Source: Macrostomum hystrix
Lineage: Eukaryota; Animalia; Platyhelminthes
NCBI GenBank assembly: GCA_950097015.1
Contig: CATNEN010000032.1
Span: 124,001 to 188,000, forward strand
Length of the DNA: 64,000 nucleotides
Direction: 5' to 3'
The translations under genes and the position numbers were made by a program. Below the pieces are notes generated by a model. That model had not been told where the DNA came from. It worked only from the letters and a program-made list of their open reading frames with translations, and did not search any database. Of the stretch, positions 54,166-64,000 are shown in pieces; within the stretch, counting starts at the first letter, position 1; each line of letters starts with the position of its first letter.

Positions 54166-57100
54166 GAAAAATTGTGAATTCCAATACTATAGTTGAATGT
54201 CTATGAACTTAGAATTTTTGCTATTTATCTAACCAGGAAAAAATATCCAACAACAATGCTACAAAAAATTTTTTGCTAAACCTAAATAATTTAGAAACAC
54301 ATTATACTGAGTGGCTATTTAGGTAACTGTCAGTTTTTAGATAGAATTTTTAAATATAAGAATGAAGTCTATTCAAATAATTTATTTTCACATTTAGATT
54401 TTTTGACTATTGTCACTTTAACAAATAATTCAGATATTGATATCCATAAATAAAATAATATGTAACATTATTGTGTTATTATTTTTATTATCATTATTAT
54501 TATCATATCCATAACACTATTATGTATCTAAATTTATATATTTTACTTAAACCATTTCGTTCTAATTACTGTCTAAAGAAAATAAAAAATGTATTTAATT
54601 AGTCCAAGAAACCTAGCAATGCATTTTGAATGATGTAGTAAATATATGCTAGGCCCCCTATATCAAGACCAATAAAATAAAATATGCAAATACTAATGTG
54701 TATTTGTAATATGCAAATGTAATATGTAATATGGAAAGTAATTTATGTAACCCAGTTAGAGGAAGTGACTGATTGTCTAGGGTAATGTATCATCAACTGA
54801 ACAGTGTATCTTCAAAACCGAAGAAGAATTTTGACTCCTTCTTTGGTCTTGTGCAAGACAGAAACAAGCTATTGCATTTCACAGAACATCTAATTTGAAA
54901 GTCAAAGAAATTATCTACAAGCTGGGGCATGACATGCAATGAAGCATTGAGAGGAAAGAAAGATATTGATGTTTCAGTAGAAATTTTTTATCTCAAAAGC
55001 ATAATTTTTAACAAATTTTTTTCAGTATGTACTTTCGACTAAGATTGTATGTTGTTGCTTTCCAATTGAATGACCATAAATGTAGTTATTTATAGAGCAT
55101 GAAAAATGCTTTCAAATGAAATAATTCATGATAGTTCACTCCTTAAAATAAGATTAAACCACTCAATCAAATTGTAAAACCGAACATCAAATTCTCTGTT
55201 TGGTTTGAAGATACATGAAAATCATTGTTCGGTTTTAGATGAAAAACACAAATAACTTTTTTTCTTAACTAACACAAATAACACAAATAACTTTGACGAA
55301 ATAGCAAAAGCAGGTACTTTTTAGAAAGATTTAACTGTTTTCTATAACTTGGCTTTTGATTTATCATCATATCTTAAATAGAAAATCTGTAGCTTAGGTT
55401 TGAAATAAAAAAATACACATTCTTGTTTGGTTGATGATACATTACCCTAGTCATGTTGTAGACACATAAGCCTAGCTAAACTTTTATTGGCAACAAAAAT
55501 AAAAACTCAGAAAACATCAATTATCTGTTCTTGTTCTCAACAAAGCATTTTGCACCCAAAACTCTCTTAGTACTGACAATCAACAATAGACAATAATAAA
55601 GGGCCTTCTACACAAAAAATTTGTTGATAGCACAGCCTAGATCACATCAACATAAAAATAATCTGTGCAGTAAAGTCTGAGCTAAATAGCTACACAAGCT
55701 AACTTCTGCATTTAAGAACCATTAGTAGAGTCTTATTATCTGGTAACAATTGTAAAAATCTATAACAGTTTATTTAAAAAGAAATAAATTTTGAAAGGAA
55801 ACAACAGTCATGCCAAGGTGACTTTTATCGAAGACAAAAGGACTTGTCACTATTGTTAAAAATCAAATTATATTTTAGGTCTATCAGAAGTACAAGGACC
55901 TTGCAATTTAAGCCAAGGTGTTGATGTTGAGCAACTTAAAACTAATGGTGCAGCTGAATAGCTTGCAAATTAGAATTGCTGTAGGCCTACTTTAAGAAAT
56001 GCGAATGGCAAGCTGGAGACAAGCAAATAAGTATCCATTTTAACCACAAAAATATGTAAAAATTAGTTTTTTGGAATATTTCTTTTTTATATAATATTTA
56101 TAATAGCCTTTTTTATAAAATATGTGATAAGAAAGAAACATCACTATAATTTGCTAATGCTTATGACGTAAACCCACCAAAAAATATATGGATTCTTCTT
56201 GAAGACACGAGCTTGAGTCAGTGCTAGAGTATCTACTAGTGTATATGCATTATCTACTATAGAAATATTTTTGCTATTGATGAAGAGTATTTTTATTATA
56301 AGACTTTTAATATAGATATCATACTAGACATTAGTATAAGTGTGAAGGTAGGACTAGGCCTAATAGCGATCGGCGCCGTAGCGGGTTAACTCTTAGGGCC
56401 TTACATATTAACAAATCAGTAATCGCTAAAAGTCAATGCTTGCACGTTTTTCTTCCTTCAAGGAGCATACAATATAATTTTTAATTCTTCTTTCTTTAGT
56501 TTGCTGTGTAATTTTCTGCAACTTATACGTTATAAGTTATAAGTTATACGCCTCCAATAAGAAAACTCCCATCGTTGGCAAAACACCCAAACCCCTCAAA
56601 AGTTGGCCGATTCGCTGAAAAAGGTAAACTATTCCCCAGATAGTAAATTTAACACAATATTTACCCATTTAGCAGACTTCCCCTTTAATGTGTCGATTTC
56701 CCAAAGTGGGGAATATAAATCCCGGGTTGGGATTAGCATAATCTAAATCTTCTCAAAATGTTATCTCATCTCAAATCACGATCATTTTATCTTTTAAAAT
56801 CTCATATCATCTCATCAGACAAATCTCAATGTCTGATTGCAGCTTTGATATAGTGACATAGTAACTTGACAACTATGTCATTGCGATAATCAGATATAGC
56901 ATCTTTACCTAATCTCTAGCGCCTTTGCGATAGCTTATCTCATGGCAGATTATCAATAATATTTTTTCTAGATTTACTTTAAACTTATTTACGCTTTGTT
57001 TTAATTTCATAGCTGCTTAAACAATTTTTTATTAAGCATAATAACAATCGTAGGAGTCAGTAATAATCTAAAAGCGTAGTCTCAAAATTGTGGCTTATCG

Positions 57101-58501
57101 ACACATCTCAATTCTTGTGATAATCTCGCTAAAGTTACAGGATCAAGCACTTTAGTCAATATGTAAACCGTCTGGGAAAATTTCTGATTGAATGGTTTGG
57201 TGAAAATCTGTCAAGCCATTTTTTATTGTTTATAGAACCTCCCTCCTTAGATTTATATGACATAAACATCTTGTGAGTATAGTGGAGGATCCGCATTTGT
57301 ATTCTAATAGCTGTGTTAAGGACACATTTTAATTATAAATTCGTGGGATTCTAAGTAAGCTTCATAATTGATGTAGAACCACAAAATGTAAGCCTCAAAT
57401 AAAAACTGTATATGCATTTTGGCAAAGTGACTACAAACGTAGTCTTTTTTACTTTAGCTGGCCATTTCATCCTTGTACAATAACGTGTTTTGTTGTTGTT
57501 ATTTTTGTTTTTGTTAGTCATGGAGTAGGAGTCACAAATATAGCATCCATAGGACTCGATCTTGACTTCTTGTCGTATGCCTATTCAGCACAACCTCGCG
57601 AGAATAGGGTTCTCAGCAGATTGTAGAGAGGCCGCAAGCACGACAGGAGTTTTGTGATGTAATGTGATCGAAAAGTCTTCTTTAATATCTACCATATTAA
57701 AGACGATTTTCGCGATACGTAAATATTGCTATCCCGAGTCCGCTAAACAGAGAACAAAGTGGTTTGAAGTAAAAATAGACGGCACACTAAATAATTTACA
57801 AATGCACATAGTCGGCTGCCATTTCGGCTGGCAGCTAAAAATCGCTTCACACACCACTTTAACCAGCAGCTCCATCTTCGCTAGTCATATTAAATCAAGT
57901 GTTTGCTTTTTCCCTTTGCAATGCTAATTAGAGCAAAGCTTACTCAGGGATATTTATTGAGTGCCTATTTACTTTTTTTGTAGTCACGGAATCTTTCCCT
58001 GTTAAAGACCAATTTATTCTATTCTTCACTATAAATTAATTCCTAAAGAGAATGATTTATAGAAACGCGATTTATTTATCGGAGTTATTAAACTCATTTA
58101 CATTAAAACAGTCTATTTTAACAAACGTTTGTTCGCGCACCCCCAACAAGCAGTTTGCACTGCAAATGGACTCCTTGAAAAGCACAGTCAAAACCTGCAG
58201 AATGGGCAAATATGGGAATTTCAGAGTGGACTAATTGAAGACCAATGCAGGCAACCGAGTGGTTGTTTGCACTGCCTTGTCTAAAGGAGCTAGTTGTCTT
58301 CAGAGAAGTGAGGAGCGAAGCAAAAAACTGAATAATTCAAGCGCAACCTTTCTCGTCAAAGAGCCTCAGGGGGTCGACCAAGTGTATAAAATGCGTTCAA
58401 CCAGTTCGAAAAGGAAGTTGCCGCAGGAAAATTCTTCAGCTCGGCGTAGACAAGATACGTCGATAGCCTTAGAAAAACTGAGAGACGCTAACAATAGCGA
58501 A

Positions 58502-59252
58502 ATGACCACTGTCAGTCTGCTCCTGGTCCAGCTAATGCTGGCCTCGATCGCTGTTCAGGACGCAATGGTAAGGCCTTTTAACAGGTACCCGACATTCCAG
58601 AACCTTTTAGTTAAAAATATTGGTGCTATTACAGACGAATCCGTCACAGCTTGCCCTGGCTGGAAGCGAGAGCCTGCAGTCGCTGATGAGCGCTGCTATC
58701 GAGCCGGAAGTGAGCTACGACAGTCGGCTGAAGAGAGACGCAGCTCTCGAGCGTCTCATGGACATTATGGAGTTTGAGACGCCGCTGCGACGCGCGCACT
58801 CAAAGCGGCACATCCTAGATCTAGACGTGCTACCCGATGGCCGTCGCAAGAGGGCCGCTTCGGGCAGAGCACTGGAGAGACTCCTGAAGGTCATGGAGGC
58901 GCGACGCGGCAACAGCATCGCGCGTCGGCGCATGTTCATGGGCCCGGACATCCTGGACCTGGACGTGCTTCCGGACGGCCGGCGAAAGCGCGGACCACGC
59001 GATTGGATCCTGGAAATTCCCATGGACACTAACTACGACGGCCGGCGCAGAAAGCGCTCCAACTACAAGAAAAGTCTGGCCGTGTACAGCAACCTGCGTC
59101 CGCTGATTGCGCCGGACACGATCCACATGGGCAAGCGCTTTTTAGACACCGTGGGCGGCGGCCACATCCAGCCTCTGGAGGGTCGCAGGCGCAAGCGTCT
59201 GCTAGACACGTTGGTCAGGGCGAGGCCAATCTTTGATGGAAAGCGCGGCTGA
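58502..59252 (+). CDS. Neuropeptide precursor (signal peptide plus multiple amidated peptides; pedal-peptide/orcokinin-like candidate)
   Basis: Exon 58502-58567 encodes a hydrophobic signal MTTVSLLLVQLMLASIAVQDAM (donor GTAAGG). The second exon starts at 58635 or 58650 (both phase 0) and runs to TGA 59252. It has repeated G-RRKR/G-KR amidation and cleavage sites and the internally repeated peptide ILDLDVLPDG. Confidence 0.88.
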
Positions 59253-60384
59253 CTCGAACAGAGATGACAAGTATGAGTCAGAAACTGATTAATTCAGAGA
59301 GTGACACTGGAATAGCTTCTTGCTGAATCACAGTCGAATCGCCGTGTTTTGCCTTAGAAAATAAACGCGAACTAAAAAGCTTTCTCTAAGGCCAACAATG
59401 AGGTACGATCTAAAAGTGTTCGAAAGGCAAAATATAAAAAATGTTTCAATACACGTTAATCTAATAGGCGAACCTGATATATTTTAAAACATTCGAATCC
59501 TCATATTCCTAAGCCTATCTTTATGCTGTGCTACTTAGGCGATTCAGATCCCTGAAATAAAGAATTAAGAAATGAATATAAGAGCAACGACAAGAGGCAC
59601 AGTTTAACTTTTTGTCACAGTTTAAATAGGAAATACAGAGGCAATCAAAAGCAAAGTAAAACAAACTAACCCCTCAACTGCGCTGTAGAAAAGCGTAGAG
59701 AAAGCTAGCGATAGCGCAGTTTATTGTTGTTAAACAAATCGATAGATAGAAGGCCATCTAGGACAAGTTTTGTCTAGAAGGATTCCGATACGTAGATATG
59801 AAATACGGGCTCGTAGCATATATAGATAGTGATCATAGCAGTTACCATGTAAGCAAATTGGTCAGAACAATAATTAACAGGTAGCTAAGGGTAAAAAATC
59901 GATGGACAGGTTACAGATCTGAGCTAACACTTCACAAAAAACTTTTTAACTTTGAGCTGTGCTAGTCTGGTTACTTAAAGTAGGATGCGGCGGAATGAAA
60001 CAATCTATCGTTTGTCTGTACGGTAATCACTAAGGAAAACTGTTGATGAATCAAAACAATAAGCTTGTAGTAAGAAAATAGAGAGAGAGAGAGCGAACAA
60101 ACTCAAGCAAAAAATAGAAGAAGGTGAGAAAAATCACATGTAGCCAAGGAAGTTAGACCAATAATCGATTATCTATTCAGTTTCTAAACATGCACGGAAA
60201 ATTGAGGAAAAGACCGCAACGGAAAGAGTGCGAAGTTGTCCTAATAGCGAGCGAACTTTTAATTAAACAGTTAAAATATTCAGAAAGTCAAATATTCGTT
60301 TGGATTGACTTCCGCGAGTTTTTTGGGATTATGACTGCAGGGATCTTTGGAACTAAGACTTCCAGGGTCGTTGGGTCAATAACT

Positions 60385-61167
60385 TTCGGGATCTTTGGGA
60401 CTATGGCTTCAGGGATCTTTGGGACTATGGCTTCAGGGATCTTTGGGACTATGGCTTCAGGGATCTTTGGGACTATGGCTTCAGGGATCTTTGGGACTAT
60501 GGCTTCAGGGATCTTTGGGACTATGGCTTCAGGGATCTTTGGGACTATGGCTTCAGGGATCTTTAGGGACTATGGCTTCAGGGATCTTTGGGACTATGGC
60601 TTCAGGGATCTTTGGGACTATGGCTTCAGGGATCTTTGGGACTATGGCTTCAGGGATCTTTGGGACTATGGCTTCAGGGATCTTTGGGACTATGGCTTCA
60701 GGGATCTTTGGGACTATGGCTTCAGGGATCTTTGGGACTATGGCTTCAGGGATCTTTGGGACTATGGCTTCAGGGATTATGGCTTCAGGGATCTTTGGGA
60801 CTATGGCTTCAGGTATCTTTGGGACTATGGCTTCAGGGATCTTTGGGACTATGGCTTCAGGGATCTTTGGGACTATGGCTTCAGGGATCTTTGGGACTAT
60901 GGCTTCAGGGATCTTTGGGACTATGGCTTCAGGGATCTTTGGGACTATGGCTTCAGGGATTATGGCTTCAGGGATCTTTGGGACTATGGCTTCAGGGATC
61001 TTTGGGACTATGGCTTCAGGGATCTTTGGGACTATGGCTTCAGGGATCTTTGGGACTATGGCTTCAGGGATTATGGCTTCAGGGATCTTTGGGACTATGG
61101 CTTCAGGGATCTTTGGGACTATGGCTTCAGGGATCTTTGGGACTATGGCTTCAGGGATCTTTGGGAT
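60385..61167. repeat. 24-bp minisatellite, ~32 copies
   Basis: Unit GGGATCTTTGGGACTATGGCTTCA, with occasional 15-bp truncated units and a 1-bp insertion near 60565. Confidence 0.95.
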
Positions 61168-62292
61168 CAATCTTTCATTGTCACTGATGGGGACCTAGAA
61201 AACAACTCCGAAAGCTGGTGTGCATAGCAAGAGGTTAACTTTAAGAGAAAAAATATTTCTATTCATAAAACTCGAGTTGATAAAAAAGAAATTCGAAATG
61301 AGACAGAATTTACAAGTTGTAATATTACACATTGACGACTTCCGAATGCAGCTACAGGTAAAAATAAGAATAAACGATTGATGAAAAAGCACTTTACGAT
61401 TTAGCTGATAGTACTTATAAATGGCTAGAAAGGATTACAGTATAGATAGCTTAATATATACGTATAATGAGTAGATTTTATCCTAAATAAACTGAAGAAG
61501 CAGAAGCCATAGTCTCTTTTTGTTAGTGAAATTTTGCTTCTTCGCAGGCAAGAATTGAGCTAGTCTGTACTTTTTACCTCTGAGCAGTTTAACAAAAAGC
61601 GGAGGCTAAGCATACTAACGCATTATGCAGGGGTTGCTCAATTTGTTTATATGACAGCCACATGTTATCGATGCGACACACTGTAAATATTTGGCTGACG
61701 GAAAACACTTACTAGTACTCGTAACTCTAAATCGACTCCATATCATCGATAATCTAGTAAAAGTATCAGGATAGGAATAGGGATAAACCATAAGTGATCA
61801 AGTTTCAAATCGAAGGACCAGGCTTGGTATGATAAATGGTAAATAATGTCAAACGAAATTACTGTTAGGAAAACAAAACTGTAGTCTTGAAATCTAAAAA
61901 ACACTGGTCCCATCATCAACATACAGAAGGTACTTTCCGAAGGTTTAACAAAAAGTCATGGAGAATTTATATATATAAATAAATATAAAGGCTTTTGGCT
62001 GTTGAATATGAATAGGAATAACTTATAACTACTGGAAGCAACCAAACAGTTGGAAAAGGCCAACTTGATCAGCAGAAAAAAACAACAACAAAGCAAACAC
62101 GAGGAAGGAAGACGCAACTAAAATGAAAACAGACCAGAATCACCTGTAGCCAAGGAGAGAAACCAAGGAGACGAACAGTCAGTCAGACAGGAACTTTAGC
62201 AAACGAAGAGAAATAACTCAGAATACGAAATGGAAACTAGCAGAAAGGTAACACTAAAAATGTCATAACTCATTCAGATCCAGCTAGCAGGT

Positions 62293-62455
62293 TCAAGCGT
62301 CAGAAATTTGGCCAGACTTCTTACTAATCAGATCCGGGTTAGACAGAGGATCTAGGTGGGCGAACAGGTCGAACCAGTTGCCACGGCTACTGGCTGAGGC
62401 TGCGGCTGCTGACTGCAGACGCTGATTGATAGGTTGAGCTGGCTGCTGCTGCTGC

Positions 62456-62491
<36 letters not shown>

Positions 62492-63957
62492 CCTTGTTGC
62501 GGCTGCTGCAGTTTCCAGCTCTGAAGTGCCGCCGGCAGAAGGTCCTCCCAGTTGGTGACCTCGCCGCTGTCGGAATCGCCGCCAAGTCTGCCGCCACCGC
62601 CGTCAGGGCCACCGCTGGCGCTGCCGACGCCGCTAGCGCCGGCGCCAAAGACGCTGGACCATTCGTTGGCGAAATCGGAGTTACCACCGTCTAGCAGGTC
62701 GCGCAAGAAGGCGTCGTCGTCATTGTTAGCTGCGGCAGATTGGCCCGAGGCAGTGGCAGCTCCGGATGAAGGCGGAGGTGAAGGGCCAGCTGGCAATTCC
62801 ATGTCGAGTAAACTCAGGCCGGCGAATCGGTCGCCGAAATTGGAGTCATTTCTAGCGGCCGATGGAGCCGATTCTGCAGTGGTTTTTGTAATAGTTGCAT
62901 TTTGCAATAGTTTGCTGATGATGCTACTTATTTCTAGTTTTTAGTAGCCAGCATAGCACATTTTTTTCAAAGTTACAGCAAAGAAGTCAAACCCACTGTC
63001 TGAGTCACGACCAGCAGTGCCACTAGTCGCCGAAAAACCAGCAGCCGCTGCCGAAGCCTTTGAAGCCGCAGCAGCAGAGCCAGTAGATGCAGAAGACCCG
63101 TCATCGCGATGCATTTCCTGCAGGAAGATCTCGTCGAGGCGTGTGAGCTTCTGGTCCAGGCTCTCAGCGAGTTGTCTGCAAAAAAACTATTAAATTCTTA
63201 ATTTGTGCTGACAAAAAACTGCAGCCTAAAATAAATTATGAAAAAAGTAGAGATCAGGAAAAAAATTATGATTGAAATGCGAGTCGTTTGTGGACTGTTT
63301 GAGTCGTTGGTCGACAGTTTGAGTCGTTTGTGGACTGTTTGAGTCGTTGAAATGATCAGACCTAGAATGGAACATGACCATGGTTAGAGCATGTCAAAAT
63401 GACAAGCTAGCGAGTGTAACATAACGGAAATTTAAAAGTACAATTAAAAAACAAACAACCTATAGAAAGTAAATACTCAACACGAGAATAGCAAATGCGA
63501 TCGAATCAAGCACAATGTCAAAATTAAGACAAACAGGAAAGGTTGCTAAAAATCAGATCACCGAATCCGAATAAAACTGGCAAACCAACTCTCAAACATG
63601 GAGACTTATGGCCCTGCTTTAGCTTCTTTACCCTGACAAATCATCGTCAAACAGGCCAATTAAATCCACCACTCCGTCAGGCCTAGAAGAAGCGCCAGCA
63701 GCTGCATCATCAGCAGCGGCGTCCTCCGCATTGGTGGCCTCATCCTTTGAGCTGACAGGCATGTAGTTTGATTTTCTTACGATTATCGTCTTTTCACAAG
63801 CATACGATAACTTTGCAAAAAATCAGCAATTGTCTAAGAAATAATAAGGAAACGAAGCGATGATCAAGACTCACTCTTCACCGGCGCCACCCTCTGCCGG
63901 GTCGGCGGAATCGTTGGAAGCTTGACTAGCCAATTTGCGACTCTCGTCAACCAGGTT
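62293..63957 (-). CDS. ICA1: Islet cell autoantigen 1 (ICA69/RIC-19) homolog, 3' exons; the gene continues beyond the window
   Basis: Exons 63957-63875, 63751-63632, 63175-~62997 and ~62933-62293 (the last intron boundaries are uncertain). The C-terminus WFDLFAHLDPLSNPDLI matches the ICA69 C-terminal signature WFxLFAxLDPLSNPD. Confidence 0.85.
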
Positions 63958-64000
63958 CTGCGGGTGGCAGGTTTTATAAAAGACTTTTCGATTATTAGTA

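Noticed and set aside
54775-55452. Inverted fragments (CTAGGGTAATGTATCATCAAC / GTTGATGATACATTACCCTAG)
   Set aside because: A real ~21-bp inverted match, but no TSD or defined termini were found, so it was not called as an element.
57141-57272. Possible AT-rich exon (IKHFSQYVNRLGKFLIEWFGENL...) with AG/GT boundaries
   Set aside because: No partner exons or recognisable homology were found, so it cannot be supported as a gene.

Overview
This is eukaryotic (invertebrate) genomic DNA: GC-rich spliced exons, AT-rich intergenic DNA, and a different minisatellite in most introns. The style suggests a free-living flatworm such as Macrostomum lignano, which is an inference and not proven. Splice-consistent gene models were built by hand for the last two exons of a CLIC channel (-), a DHCR24-like sterol reductase (+), glutamate dehydrogenase (-), a divergent TFIIS (+), a Lys-rich orphan gene (-), an innexin (+), ASPDH (-), BCKDHB (-), importin-9 (-), a multi-peptide amidated neuropeptide precursor (+) and the 3' part of ICA1/ICA69 (-). 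Also present are a decayed SAM-methyltransferase locus with a local duplication and an AT-rich orphan gene with an HMG-box-like start. Mobile elements comprise a Mutator-type MITE with a 9-bp TSD, an internally deleted Mag-like Gypsy LTR element with a 5-bp TSD inside the first unit of a 5-kb satellite, and five copies of a tRNA-derived SINE. About 20 tandem arrays occur, and most long ORFs in the supplied track are artefacts of them. There are no CRISPR arrays, rRNA genes or true tRNA genes. The best leads are the neuropeptide precursor, a possible trans-spliced operon IPO9-BCKDHB-ASPDH, the CLIC gene lacking recognisable 5' exons next to the AT-rich orphan block, and the LTR/satellite junction.
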